Source: Hormiphora californensis (Eukaryota > Animalia > Ctenophora). Taken from it: DNA of 64,000 bases. This document shows, one piece after another, positions 50,854-64,000 of this stretch. A model generated the notes under the pieces. That model made no database searches, was not told the origin of the DNA, and saw nothing but the letters and a program-made list of their open reading frames with translations. The DNA lies in the NCBI GenBank assembly GCA_020137815.1, contig CM035356.1, positions 2,108,001 through 2,172,000 on the forward strand, written 5' to 3'. Position 1 is the stretch's first letter. Every line of letters begins with the position of its first letter. The translations under genes were made by a program, and so were the position numbers.

Positions 50854-51778
50854 CTACACATGGTTACAAAGGGCATGCCGGCCTAAAGTTCGCACCGAAC
50901 TGTTGGAGTTAGAACAACATGAACTTGGTGATGGATCGGGATAGTTGCACCGCGGCAGTAGTTACTTAAAAGTGAACATCCCTGCCAGGTACAAACAGTC
51001 TGATAAAATTTCAAATTAAGATTTTACATTCCTTGGTTACTTCCGTCTCTCCCACTTCTCCCCAAGTCCCCAGTTTATTCCCAAGAAATGAGCATATATG
51101 AATATTGAAAGCAAAGTATAACGCATAACTAGATAACACATGCTCACTGCAAAAAGTTCGTTCTAGCTAAGAGATCGCCAAGAGATGGTCACAAGTAGAT
51201 TTACTAGAGCGAAATTCCAGCTCGGTAGTTTAGCCACCAATCAAAGTCCTTGATATGGGGACCTAGCTCTGGTTAGATAGTCACCTGGCATTTTATTTTA
51301 GGCCAAAAATTTATCAGGCTTAACGCTACGAAGCCTCAAACTTTTGGACATATATGACCCTCTGGGCTCAAAGGGTTAACCCTCAAGACTTTCCCATACT
51401 CAAAAGGCCATGAAGATTCACCAAATACCCTCAGATTGCCCCAGGACCGTGTAGGAGCTTGAATTGCAGCAGAGTTTTTCAAAAATCAGTCATGTTCATG
51501 CTCTCGGATATTTATTATTATTATTTATTTTCCGTGAAACTAGAGACGATTGTCTATCACGCAAAACAAACCATATTGCAAATCGATCCAGTAGTTCGTT
51601 GCAGCCGGATTTTTGAAAAAATCTGCTCCAAATCAATAACGAAGCGGACACCTATGTGTGAGATCGATCCCATATCTCTATTATATTTTACTAGTGGACC
51701 CACACCATCCTACGGATGGTTTAAACCTGATCGTTTTTCATATCTCTCACTTCTCAGTTTCCTCTTAGTACTCTCTCT

Positions 51779-51833
<55 letters not shown>

Positions 51834-51921
51834 ACTTGGGTGATCTGATCATGGGTGGGGTGATCTGATCCTCTATGGGATGATCTGATCTTGGGTGGGG
51901 GGATCTGATCCTCAGTGGGGA

Positions 51922-52021
51922 NNNNNNNNNNNNNNNNNNNNNNNNNNNNNNNNNNNNNNNNNNNNNNNNNNNNNNNNNNNNNNNNNNNNNNNNNNNNNNN
52001 NNNNNNNNNNNNNNNNNNNNN
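51922..52021. other. Assembly gap (100 N)
   Basis: Run of N, preceded by a gatctgatc-type repeat at 51838-51920. Confidence 1.
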
Positions 52022-52537
52022 AAATCCCAAAAATTACAGTTTAAGTTTTTTCCTCCTTGTTTATTTATTCCCCCAAAAAATTTCTTCCCCCCTTCTTTAT
52101 AAAGTTTTAAATTTAATTTACAAAGCTGACACCGTGGCAACGGAAGGGAAAAAAATTTCCACGACGAAAACAAAACCCACTTTTCCCAAAAAAACACCAC
52201 TCACCGTAGGTAATGTCTGAAGCCAGAGTCGAAAAAAGGATTCGATTGTATACATTAAGAAAATCCGTGACCTTGTGCAGGGGGGGGAAGGAAAACCAAT
52301 CAAAGACAGGGCTGAGGGGCCTATAAAGGCAGGCTGCCTCAAAGGACCCCGGCCGGCCGGCCTGAACTTGGCATAGGGGGTTTTGAAGTTTCCTCTTGAG
52401 GAACTGATGGGGAAACCCCAAAACTTCACGCCTAAAAAATGGTCCGAATTCTCCAAAAACCCTTCAAAAGTGAAAGAATTCGGGGGCCCCCAAAGGGACA
52501 GGAGGGGGGAAGGAGAGAGAGAGAGAGAGAGAGAGAT

Positions 52538-52682
<145 letters not shown>

Positions 52683-54700
52683 TAGAGGGGGGGGAAAGAG
52701 TAATGATAGCTAGTGCAGCAGTTGGGAAAGAGGTTTGTAGCGTTTTTAAGCTGATTTGAAATCAGGGGAATCTCATTATATCAATCGGTGTGGGTGAGCA
52801 TGAGCAGGACGACAGCCAATCAGAGGAGGGCTGCCTCCCCTCTCGACCAATCACAGGGCTCGGACTAGTAACTACAGCTGTGTACTAGCTGCTGAGAAAA
52901 TGTGTAGTGCGTTTGTGAAGCCGCTATGGGCCCCGAGGTACGACAACTGGAGTTTTATATAACATGAATTGTGGAGATTGGAGAAATTAAAGTAATTTGG
53001 ATCATTCGCGGTCTCTAATCACTTCACTTTAGAAGTCCGTTCTAATTCTGACTCATCAGTACTCTAACCATGGATCATTGAATCGTGCTACCAGCTACAT
53101 ATGAGCCTGTGATTCCAGTTACAGGACCATGAAAAGAATCACCCATTCCCATATTTACCATGTGAGTACTAAATGCAACAGGCAGCAATTGAAGCAGGGA
53201 CGGCTAGGAATGCGCTACGAGTCTCACAAGGGGGCGGAACAATGTCCGTCTAAAATCCGCTAGCGTGCAGCAAGGGTCAAATTAGGTTGGATTTAGCTTT
53301 AAAAGTCCAAAAATCAAAACTTTTCCTTATGTAGCATGCTGCAGTTGAGAGGTGTGCAGGGAGTGTATCAGCAGCATACAAGACATGGTTATAGGGTCTG
53401 TGTACAAAAATAACTAGGCAAGGGAGGTTTTTTCTAATTTCTTACAAGACATGATTTATCCGACATACATCAGTGATGACAACTAAACTAAACAACCCAC
53501 CTTTTAGTATTTCGTGATCAGCAACAGTCCTACAAACGCCAAGAAGCTGCGTCAAACAGTTACTAGGATGGACCTATATGAAGAAGCTGTTAGTATAATA
53601 ACCTGCAGTGACCGGTATACCGGGTATTACGGGACTATATTTCGCTCCTTGGAGGATCACATGATTTGCATTTGATATAGCATTTCGATTTTAAAATATC
53701 AACGTTTGTTATCAAATACCTTTTTGGATGCAAGTAACATTTGTTCCATAAGTAACGCAAGTCCACTGTACCCGTCGTGATGCAGCTGTCTGGAAATAAT
53801 TTGATTAATTAAACAGTAACATTATAGAGTAAACTTGTTAATCTAAGTTAAACTATATACTGTGAACTTTAAATGCATAAATATGTATACTGCGAAATTG
53901 AACTTACCCGATTATGAGACGGTAAACAAACGTTTTATCAGACATGTGATATCAGTGGATTCTAGATCATGGTTAAGTGGATATTGGGTAACATGAAAAT
54001 CAACAAAATTTAAAGAATTTCGACTCGTTTCTAGATCTAGGGTTTAAAAAAATAATCAAAACTGGTACATGTTTGATATGACAAATAGAGGTTTGATTTC
54101 ACAACACCTCTCCGGGAGCCATTTATTCACGAGTCTCGACAGAGCAGACGAGGTGCTATTGTTCCTTCGTGGGTACTCAAAGAATCGAGACTTGTTTGTT
54201 ATTATGCCAGGAATAAAAGTAGGATATTTCGACCGTTGCAAGGTCAAATTAATTTCAACACTACTGTCGAGTTGTCGTCAAACATTTTTGAGATAATACA
54301 GAAGTTATATTGTCGAAAGTCAAACAGCAGATACAACGAATCTCTATTGCCCCTCATGTTACGAAACACGTCATGAGGTCTTGTGAGAAAGTGTTTGGGT
54401 CATCGTATTAGTTATTACCATACAACACCAATCTACTAGTATAAACAAATGATGTGGAGTATGGACAACTATATACCTACCTACCTATCGTTAAAGGTCG
54501 AAGTACTGGAAAACTTCGGTTTTTAAACGGTAGTAGATGACGATTAAGAATAAAGTCACGCGTTAGGCTCAACGCTCCATAAATTATTGCACTTGTACTG
54601 CATGTTTGATAAAAATGATATGATCGGGTAGGTATTTAAGGTACGGAGTATATCGGTTAATTAGTAATACACGCTTAGTTACCAAGTGGAAGTACATTAA

Positions 54701-56435
54701 GGGTACACCTGGCGTTTTTCATCATCGAGTGCCCAACCAAATGACTTCACCAGGGTTTAGGCCATACAAAATGGACCTCAAATATGCAATTTTAGCCCTA
54801 AAGTTGAATTCATATTTTTGCTACAGCCTATTTTCAAAGTGGCGTTTTTTCAATTTTTGGTGGAATTTTTAACCTCAGGACCACTTTTTTTGAGATAGAA
54901 ACATTAAATTCTTGGAATTTGAAGAGATAATAAGCCCAAAGAAGGATTTTTGAAATGGAGCTAATTTATGGCCATGAGAACGGTTTACTTTTTTGCTTCT
55001 TTGACACGCTGGCTGAGAATGTTCCCATGCTTCATTAAAGATGAAAATCTGGAAATAGTTGCTCAAAACGATTATCTATGTGGCCCAAAAATTTTGGAAC
55101 TTTCCCGCCAAAGATGTGGTGTACAGAGCTTGTTTTGTGAAACCCATCTTTTTGAAAAAGAGGGAGATTCCCTGTATCTCAAAAACGGATGATCGTAGAG
55201 ACCTGCGACCAAGCTTAATCGATTCAGAAGGTCCGATTTTGGGGGGGTCTTCTGAGAGACATTTTGCTCCTACTCCAACCGTTTTTGCTGTACTTGCAAA
55301 AAACCAATTCTATGAAAAGGGGGAACAACTACTGTAAAACTAGAAATTTTCGTGAGATTTTTATTTTCGCTCTTTATTTTTGGCTGGAAAATCCGCGAAA
55401 ATTAATTACGCGAAAATATTTTGGACGATTTTTTACAGAAAATAATGGTCATGTGACCACTGCTCTTATACGTGGCAAGGGATTCAGTAGAAGTTGTAAG
55501 CCAATGAGATGTGAGCCTTTTCTGTCTCATCCCTGATTGGCTATTTCTTAGAGCCAATCAGCAATGAGAAAATGCTCACATTTCATTGGTCTACGCCAAG
55601 CAGGTATGGTGTCTCATGGCAATGATGACTGCACTCTTGGCGTAATTAGACAATAGACTAGGACCGTGAAATGGGGGTAGCAGTGGGATTAGCGAAAATT
55701 AAAATCGCGAAAATAGTAAATTTTGATCGAATCGCGAAAATTAATTGCCTCGAAAATATCTAGTTTTACAGTATATTCCAGTAGCCTGCTTCGGGCTGAT
55801 TTCCCCCTTACTTGCTGATACCTTTTTCACAATTACAGCAAAAACGGTTGGAGTAGGAGCAAAATGTCTCTCAGAAGACCCCCCCAAAATCGGACCTTCT
55901 GAATCGATTAAGCTTGGTCGCAGGTCTCTACGATCATCCGTTTTTGAGATACAGGGAATTTCCCTCTTTTTCAAAAAGATGGGTTTCACAAAACAAGCTC
56001 TGTACACCACATATTTGGCGGGAAAGTTCCAAAATTTTTGGGCCACATAGATAATCGTTTTGAGCAACTATTTACAGATTTTCATCTTTAATGAAGCATG
56101 GGAACATTCTCAGCCAGCGTGTCAAAGAAGCAAAAAAGTAAACCGTTCTCATGGCCATAAATTAGCTCCATTTCAAAAATCCTTCTTTGGGCTTATTTAC
56201 CTTTATATTCTCTTAAAATTCCAAGAATTTAATGTTTCTATCTCAAAAAAAGTGGTCCTGAGGTTAAAAATTCCACCAAAAATTGAAAAAACGCCACTTT
56301 GAAAATAGGCTGTAGCAAAAATATGAATTCAACTTTAGGGCTAAAATTGCATATTTGAGGTCCATTTTGTATGGCCTAAACCCTGGTGAAGTCATTTGGT
56401 TGGGCACTCGATGATGAAAAACGCCAGGTGTACCC
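54701..56435. mobile_element. TTAA-target non-autonomous element with ~590-bp TIRs (Kolobok-like)
   Basis: TTAA|gggtacacctggcg...cgccaggtgtaccc|TTAA. Purine-start termini fit Kolobok better than piggyBac. Confidence 0.8.
55332..55771. mobile_element. TA-flanked MITE nested in the TTAA element
   Basis: TA|ctgtaaaactaga...tctagttttacag|TA with internal cgcgaaaat repeats. Confidence 0.8.
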
Positions 56436-56554
56436 TTAAGATGTGCGATTGTGCGAATGAATGAATCTCAAGAATCTCTTACCAAGAATCTCACTCTCAG
56501 GTAAGCTAAACGCCATGAGAGTGGTGCACCATAATATCAGTGGCTAGCCAATTT

Positions 56555-57170
56555 AGCCTTCCCTATTTGTCCATTCGGAGCTGTTTTGAAACAAAATCTC
56601 AAAAATGTGTCCCCTAGGATGTCTAGAGGACACCTTTTACTGCAATCTGACGACTCGAAAATTTTCGAAGAGTTTGAGTAGCGCTGCCGCAAGCGGCCGG
56701 AAATTATGCGAACGTTTGCGAATGTTTGCAATGATTCGCGATGACTTGCTATACTTTGCTATATCCTGCGATTTTATGCGATTTTATGCGATTTTATGCG
56801 AATTTGGCGGAGAGTATCCGTAATGAATTAGCATTCATTCGCATAAGATCGCATGAGATCGCATGAGATCGCATTTAGTAGCAAAATATTGAATTCGTTC
56901 GCATTCTATCGCATTTATTAGCAAGTGGTGGCAAACAATCGCATTATGTCGCAATCGCATTTTATCGCATTTTATCGCAACTATTTGCAAACAATCGCAA
57001 ACATTTGCATTGGATCGCAAACACTCGCACAATTTTAGGCCGGATGCGGCAGCTCTGCATCCATTCAAGATGTTATTCTAAGGTGATTCCCCTCTAGTTA
57101 TGATGTCGTCAACATATTCTAGGGGGCACATTTTTGAATTTCAAAAATGTTGATAAATAGGGAAGGCCAT
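56555..57170. mobile_element. Degenerate palindromic MITE with tgcgatttta/atcgcat short repeats
   Basis: Inverted blocks gccttccctattt / aaatagggaaggc and aaatgtgtcccctag / ctagggggcacattt. Ends are imprecise. Confidence 0.55.
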
Positions 57171-57332
57171 GGCTTAACTTTGGCACTCGCTAGCCGCGAA
57201 GATTCTCTGTACACAAACACAACCGGTTAGTTGCAACCCCTATATTTAAATAGCAGCCAGGCCGCCCCCTGGCACGAATCTGTCCGGCTCTCTGGCTCTC
57301 AACTCAATATATTATTGTTTTTATCTAGTTTA

Positions 57333-58126
57333 CTAGAGTACCCGAGCTATGACAATGCGCAAAAAGGGGTGGCACGCGACTTTAACCACGTGGTAATCTA
57401 ACCACTCCTACTATCATACACATTGGGTTTTTGAAAAACGGCGAGGCGGGTAAATCATTTACTGTAACGCACGAATTTTCCCAAAAAGCGCTGCTTTTTT
57501 ACGCCGCGCAGAACCTAAAATTACGCGCGCAGTGTAAAATTTTAAAATTCATTGAAAATTTCCTCGCGTTTTATGTCGCAAAAAAAAGTCGACGAAAAAT
57601 TCCAAATTCGTGAATTATAAGAACTCCCAACTCCGGTCAGTTCTCATCTTGCCAATCCGTTTTCCGGGAACCCCTGGCCAAAGGACATTAAAGTTCACAT
57701 AACGACCAAGTTTCATATCGATTGGATAAGATTTTGGGTGGCTACGATGAAAAATATCGTATTTTTGGCATTTTTAACTTTCCCGACGCGATTTACGACC
57801 CTTAAACATTGAGTTACGGGAAATCGCTATAATGTAAAATGAAGTTCAAACGATTCTCTTTCCCCACTATTGCGTTAGTTTTTTGATTTAGAGCCGTTTT
57901 GTATTTTTGGCGCAATGACGTCACCCCGTGACGTCACTGTTGTAAAGATCGGATCAAAAATCTGAGCCCGTACTTACACCCGCCTTGCAAGGTACACTGG
58001 TACTTTGGACCAAGGCCTTGGTCCAAAGTACCAGTGTACAAATTTTCAGGGGTCTAGCTCAAAAACTGTAGGAGGAGTAGGGAGAAAACAATTATCGGAC
58101 TAACATTTTGGAAATTATTATATGGA
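57333..58126 (-). mobile_element. Probable non-autonomous Helitron
   Basis: Minus strand reads A|TCcatataat...cgggtactCTAG|T (TC...CTAG inserted between A and T). The 3' hairpin is not clear. Confidence 0.45.
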
Positions 58127-58519
58127 TTTCCGCTGGTCAGCGGGAATATTTTATGTAATTATGAATCAGAATAAGTTGTGTTAACGGGTCGGTGTTGACC
58201 CCTCTCGCTCACTTTACTGGACGTGATGGGGAACACGGCTTGGTTGTGCGGATGCTGTAAGGCTAATTACTAATACTTTGGCAGTGCGGAGGGCTTTTTT
58301 TCCTAAAAAAGCACTTCAACCCGCTTCAACTTTTAAAAAGTTTCTTTTGTAATTTTTTAAAAGTTATACGAAATTAAAATGCGCGGCGCTATTTTTTAAA
58401 CTTTACGCTGCAATTCCAGAATCGCGTGCGCGGCGAAAATTTAATTTTGCCAGCTGGAGCTAAAAAAGAGAACGAAAACGGCCGGCGTAAAATCTGGGTG
58501 TTTATACTCCATTTTTTTT

Positions 58520-58821
58520 TCAACTGTTCACCCCCCAAAGTCGTGCGCGGAATTGTTTTGCGCGTTTATCACATGTTAACGTGTAGCGCGCGCAGCGTAA
58601 ATTAAAATATCGCACGCACACGAGTTGGAGGGTGAACAGTTGAATAAAAATGGACTTTAAAGTCGGATTTTTTGAAGTTGTCACCCCCCTTCTCGTGCGC
58701 GGAATGTTTTTGCGCGTCACATCACATGTTAACGTGTGGTGTGCGCGTCAAAATTGATAAATTTCATAAATTTCACATGCGCGGTCATTTGGGGGTGACA
58801 ACTTCAAAAAATCCGACTTTA
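58520..58821. repeat. Dispersed CGCG-rich repeat module shared with positions ~149-270
   Basis: gttaacgtgtagcgcgcgcagcgtaaattaaaatatcgcacgc and gggggtgaca..ttcaaaaaatccgacttta occur at both loci. Confidence 0.8.
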
Positions 58822-58991
58822 CTGTTTTGTGAGTGCTGACAAAAGGTCTTTAGGGTTAGGGCTAAAGACTTTAGCCTAAAGTAGGGTTAGGGTTGGGGTT
58901 TGGGACTTTGGGTTGGGGTTAGGCCTTTACATTTTCTACCAGATAAGCTTTGAATTAGCCAAAACTGTTGAGTGGTTTGGCGGTTAGAGCC

Positions 58992-60585
58992 ATTCATAAA
59001 CATTCATAAACATTCATAAATAAATTAAGCATTGTACACAAAGTTTCAGCTCAAAAAGAGCTAACACTCAGACACCAAAAGGAGTCGGGTTTTAATGGGC
59101 AGCCAAACAACATAGAAAAGCAAAACACCCCTGAATGATTTACTCTCTGAAAAAACTCGGATCGTTTCTCCAATCCAACAGGGAGTTACTGTGCTGAACA
59201 CTATACCCACGAACCGGTGGCAGGTCAGGGATGGTGGACAGATATTTACCGAGCGACTGCTTTAGCTCGAGTAGGGAAGCTGAAGATCTCACTACCCGAG
59301 GCACTGCATTCCACAACTGAGCTCCTTTTACGCCGAATGATGAGTCATAGGGGCTAGAGATGGATTTTTGGGCCAAGTAGTTATACCGAGGGATTACCGC
59401 TCTGGTGCCAAGGCGTGGGTGCTCTGTAAACAAGAGACTCGTACTGTTTGGTACTACCTTATGCAAGACCTTCCAGACGTGGATAATTATATATCGTTCT
59501 CGGCGCCGTTGAAGGGACAGGATTTTGAGGTGATGGAGTCTGTCCCAGTAATTCATGCCCGAACAGCTCGCGATCCTGCGGGTGAATTGTCTCTGTGCCT
59601 CCTCAACCAGGGCAATGTCTGATTTTTGACAGGGTTCCATAGGGGACAACAGTATTCAACCTGGGGTCTGACGATGGATTTGAGTAGGGTTAGCATGGTG
59701 TCATCCGATCTATCCCGAAACACACTAAGTGCCCAGCCACTCATCCGACGAGCCTTTGTCGTGATGCTGCCGATATGCTCCGACCATGCACAGTTTGTTG
59801 AAACAAGGACTCCTAGGTCTTTGACAGATTCGCTAGGGGATATCATTTCACCTCCAGGCCCACTGTAGGAGTAGTTTTCATTGGAGAATGGCAGCTCTCT
59901 TAACAGTTGGGTGGAGCGAAGAGTATAGTTCATAACTTCAAATTTGTCCTGGTGTAGGGACATGTTGTTATCTGTCGCCCAACGTGCAAACACAGCTAGA
60001 CTTTTCTGGAGATCCTCTCTATCATCCAATGACTTGATTGCCTTCCACAGCTTGGAATCGTCTGCGAAGGTGAGGACTGTGCCAGAAAGAAGTGTCTCTA
60101 TGTCTATCATATAGACTAAAAACAACAAGGGACCAATAACTGTACCCTGTGGGACACCACTGATGACCAATTCCTCCCGAGACTGAGCACCATCTACCAT
60201 CACTGTTTGTACTCTTTCTGAAAGGAAGTTGTAGATCCAACGGTGTAGCTGTCCCCGAATACCGTATTTTTCCAATTTTGCCATCAAGACCTTGACATCG
60301 ACTTTGTCAAAAGCCTTCTCCATGTCTAAATACACAACATCCACTTCGTGTCCGTTATTCAGTTCTCTCATGACATTATCGTAGTGGTTTAAGAGTTGAG
60401 TCAAGCAGCTTCTGTTCCTCCGGAAACCATGCTGGCCATCGTTGAAGAGCCCATTTCCCTCCAGATGATCGACAACTTTGTTTCTTACAACTCTCTCAAA
60501 TGTTTTAATCATGTGGGAGGTGAGTGCGACAGGCCGATAATTTTTAGCCTCCATTTTGGATCCTTTCTTAAACACGGGTGTTATA
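58992..60585 (-). mobile_element. 5'-truncated CR1-like LINE: RT domain (59553-60575), frameshifted C-terminus (to 59140), 3' UTR and (tttatgaatg)n tail
   Basis: Motifs NYRPVALTS, QHGFRRNRSC, YLDMEKAFDKV, SGVPQGTVIGPLLF, FADD, KDLGV and LSLQRRRER; tandem-repeat tail at ~58992-59023. Confidence 0.93.
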
Positions 60586-62346
60586 TATTGGCGTTATATG
60601 TATATTGGCCATATACACGAAACTTCCAGATCGTAACGGCGCCAAACAAAAATCGGCCAGCGTTAAAATCTGGGTGTTTGGTGAGTGCTGACTAACGATA
60701 TTTACAGGTGTGCGCTGTCAAAAAGTTGATTCACTAAAATGGCTCTAACCGTCGAACCACTCAACCGTTTTGGCTAATTCAAATACAGGCTGCATGTAAA
60801 CAGGCCACCAAAAACCCAAATCGTAACGGCGCCCACAAAAATCGTGTCATCTCCTAGTTTTGAGTATTTAACCTTTAACTCTTCACCCCACCCCCCGAAG
60901 TTGGGTTGGGGCTACCCATAAAATGTCATAGGTCATAATTCATATGTTTAATTGATGCGTTTACGCCTGGAGCGCGGAATAGCGACCCGTTACAGTTGTT
61001 CAAAGGCCTCGTTAGATAAATATTATAGAGAACAGCAACCGGTAACAGGTCACTCCTCAATATCACATGGGATACTGAGGATTCTCTCATGCTGGGTGTT
61101 TCACTGTATCACGCATGATGATAATGCATTATTTTGCTGACTCTCCTACTACCGGTCGCTGTCCTCTCATGACTCATGCTACACGGTGTCACGTGTCACA
61201 GGGTGGGCGGACAGTTTAAAAATAGAATTACCTTGTGAACAAGTGCTGTCTGGGGACTGGGGTGCTGATTATTTCAAAACCGTTGGAAGGTTATATTTTA
61301 TATTACTCCCTTTTTTTCTTTGGCCCTATCTCACTCCGATGTGATAGTACCCACCTGTTATCTTCTAAAAGAGGTTAAGAGAGTAACCAAACTCCGATAG
61401 ATTACCTGACTTATACTACTTATACACATATTGCTATCCCATAATCCTAAGCCTAAAGAGCAGATTCTTGGGGACATAATTATACAACTATGAAACCCGA
61501 TAGCTGACTTATCAGTCGTTTGAACATTTTGCGCGCACATGATATCTGCTAGCTGGGGGATTTAACACCCTGCTCGCGTTTTAACAGTCCAGTTCCCTTT
61601 TTCTCGCGTTTCTCTTGATTTGAATAACAGGCGTGTAAAATTCCAAGTAATAAAAATGTGTGTAAACACACAGTTCCGTCAACAAGAGAGAGGGGAAACA
61701 TGTCTGCAACACTTTTCAATGTTATCTCTCTCATAAAAAGTCAAAAGAATCGCATTCCTATCTTTCTCTCTCTCATTCCCTCTTTTACTGTTCAATATCT
61801 CTCACTGTGTGTATTGGCCCCAATCTTGCTCTCTCTTACTCAAATATGTTAGGAACAGTTGCAACTAGGTGCCAGTTAGTCTACACACAGTTTGGGGACG
61901 TCTGTTGACTATTTTCCAGTACTCCTTGTGTGTTTTACCTTGTGTTGTGTCTCTTATTTGTGTGTAATTACTATCGGGTTTCATAAACTATGAACGTTTG
62001 TTAGCCTATCGCGTTATAGGTTTAAATCTCCTCCCCCTCACCCTCGGCTGCCGCCTCGGGATTTAAACCAGTTTAATCGCCCTGCCGGGCGATTAAACTC
62101 CAGTTGGCTGTCCCCAGCTCGCGCTGGGAACAGCCAACTTCATAACGCGCCAGTCTACAAACGTTCATAGTTCATATGACTTATATTGTGATTTTTATGT
62201 TTTTATCGTTTTGGAACTTCCAATAATAACTTTATAACTGATTAATAGCTAAACTACAACATTATGACTTCCGAACAAAGATTCCAGGGATACAACCTCA
62301 ACAGAAACAGCTCCAAGTAAGTAGCAGCACGTCCACTTTGCTAGTA

Positions 62347-62430
62347 CAGTCGAACCCCGATTTAGTGGCACCCCGATTTAGTGGCAGGATTTTTTTCCAC
62401 CGGAGATGCCACTAAATCGGAGTCCGACTG
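62347..62430. mobile_element. 84-bp pogo/Tigger-type MITE
   Basis: TA|cagtcgaaccccgatttagtggca...tgccactaaatcggagtccgactg|TA. Confidence 0.85.
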
Positions 62431-62590
62431 TAATACACACTGTTAAGTGTGACTAAACACCAACTATGAATTGACACATTGTGTTCCAAACATGATTCAG
62501 AGCGCAGTCAAAAACTCTATTTGTTTGTATTTTCACTGCACATTTATGGTATATATATATTTGTTGTCCGTTATGAGTGTCCCTATATAT

Positions 62591-63418
62591 CTACGCCACA
62601 GTATACCCGGATCCCTCCTTCCCAATTTCCAGGAACGGTGTTTTCACCCCACACAACTTCTCCACCACCTTGAGCATGATCTGGGCGGTAATGCTGTCCA
62701 TGGCCATGGGGAGGATCTTCCCCGCACCGTATTCATCATACATCTTCGGGCTCTTCATAAACTCATCCACCCTCGCACTATTATCCGTCACATGTTGCAC
62801 CACAGTTGGAGCTAGTGCACTGATAAACTCGTCAGAACACAACACCTTATCGGCTGAATTTGCAACTTCGTCCAGTCCTTCGTAGCTTGTCAAGAACTCA
62901 TCCTGTATCCTGCCCAATTCAGTATCCTGAAAGGGCTTCACGATCTCCTCTGAATCAATGCAAAACTTACGGTTTAGGAAGTCGTATGATGTGTAGCAGA
63001 GGTCGAGATTGCACTGGGCAGTCTCTATTGCCGGAGGGAAGATGGCCCGATTGTGTGTGTTGACATACCCCACAAAATAGGTATCAGGAGTGATTGCGTA
63101 CTCGGTGTGTTTGAAGTAGGCAACAGCCGCTCCAGAATTGTGAATTTTCTCCAGCGTAGCATCAAAATAACCCCACATCTCATTGTTCTGGAGGCCCCCT
63201 TCTTCGTAGACAGGCCTCATGAAGGTGTCTGTTCTGGGATCGAAGTTTCCATCATGTTCATACACATACCCACCGTTCTCCCACAGATTATCCATGATCC
63301 GTTCCGCAACAAATGTCACCTTTTGCTTCTCCTTCTTCTTCTTCCTTTTCTTCTTTGCTCCCTCCACATCGGAAAACAGGATCAGGATAAGCAGAAGTAC
63401 GACCAAGTATCGCTTCAT
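62591..63418 (-). CDS. Intronless uncharacterised secreted protein, 275 aa
   Basis: ATG at 63418 gives signal peptide MKRYLVVLLLILILFSDVEG followed by KKKRKKKKEK. Long open frame with coding-like composition; acceptor-like ctgttag ~20 nt upstream. Confidence 0.8.
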   Translation of the reverse strand: MKRYLVVLLLILILFSDVEGAKKKRKKKKEKQKVTFVAERIMDNLWENGGYVYEHDGNFDPRTDTFMRPVYEEGGLQNNEMWGYFDATLEKIHNSGAAVAYFKHTEYAITPDTYFVGYVNTHNRAIFPPAIETAQCNLDLCYTSYDFLNRKFCIDSEEIVKPFQDTELGRIQDEFLTSYEGLDEVANSADKVLCSDEFISALAPTVVQHVTDNSARVDEFMKSPKMYDEYGAGKILPMAMDSITAQIMLKVVEKLCGVKTPFLEIGKEGSGYTVA

Positions 63419-64000
63419 ATCGCCCGGGTGATATAACAACTAACAGTGTGATAGAGTACTGCAGAAACGAAACAAATTTGAAGTGTTTCTAATTGAGAGT
63501 GGATGAGAGGGCGAGGGGAGGGGATTTTATCGTGCATTAGGTGGCATCATGTACGTAAATCTGATGGGCAAATGCAAACAAATGATGCGAAAGTGCCCCG
63601 GATCTTGTGTTGATAATTGTAGGGGTAGGTCAGATATATAAGATATAACAATGGTTCTCTGACGCACGTAGTAAGTACTAAGTTCTGTATATTGAGATCT
63701 ACATGTAAAAACCAAAATGAGCTGGTGGCATCATTGTAGGTCTGATAAGTTGATTGAGGGGCTCCGGGCCATGAGGTACAGGTTAGGGGTTCGTATGCAA
63801 TTCTATATCTCCGCTGAATAGCAAATGTTGGGAGAGAAAGATAGAGAGGCTCATTTGGGGACTAATTCGGGGCACTAATTCCATCACTAATTAGCACACA
63901 AATTCTTGTCGTCATCATTTTATTTCGTTGAGATCAAGATGGCTGACTCAGTATATTTCAAACGAACAACCTTACACGACCTTTGTTTAATTAGGGACAG

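Noticed and set aside
52800-53680. Two CCAAT boxes followed by a possible spliced short ORF (donor ~53162, acceptor ~53507)
   Set aside because: The product is only ~66 aa with no recognisable motif; it cannot be supported without RNA data.
58851-58923. ttaggg motifs suggesting a telomere
   Set aside because: Only a few degenerate interstitial copies among transposon fragments.

Overview
Intron-rich animal genomic DNA from a draft assembly, with one 100-N gap and two error-rich stretches. Compact gene spacing, nested genes and abundant (GA)n are compatible with a ctenophore or similar invertebrate; this is inference only. Hand-spliced gene models: tandem galectin-like gene (+), OTUB1 otubain (+, 8 exons) with an intronless dolichol kinase nested on the SAME strand in intron 4, PLAC8/cornifelin-family gene (+), golgin-84/GOLGA5 (-), VWA7-like secreted protein (-) hosting an antisense membrane-protein gene, PP2A B56/PPP2R5D-like gene (-, 15 exons), a two-finger zinc-finger gene (-) and an intronless secreted orphan (-). 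Introns and intergenic DNA carry many non-autonomous elements (MULE-, Transib-, hAT-, mariner/pogo-, TTAA-, Helentron/Helitron-type) and a CR1-like LINE RT fragment. Main leads: (1) operon-like architecture suggesting trans-splicing, at VWA7-like->GOLGA5 and at the nested DOLK, which has its own branch point and acceptor; (2) six net +1 frameshifts in three housekeeping genes, most likely assembly errors but easy to test; (3) a TIR element carrying an intact solo LINE ORF1; (4) tandem repeats at intron edges that multiply splice signals. All homology calls come from recalled family motifs; no database search was run.
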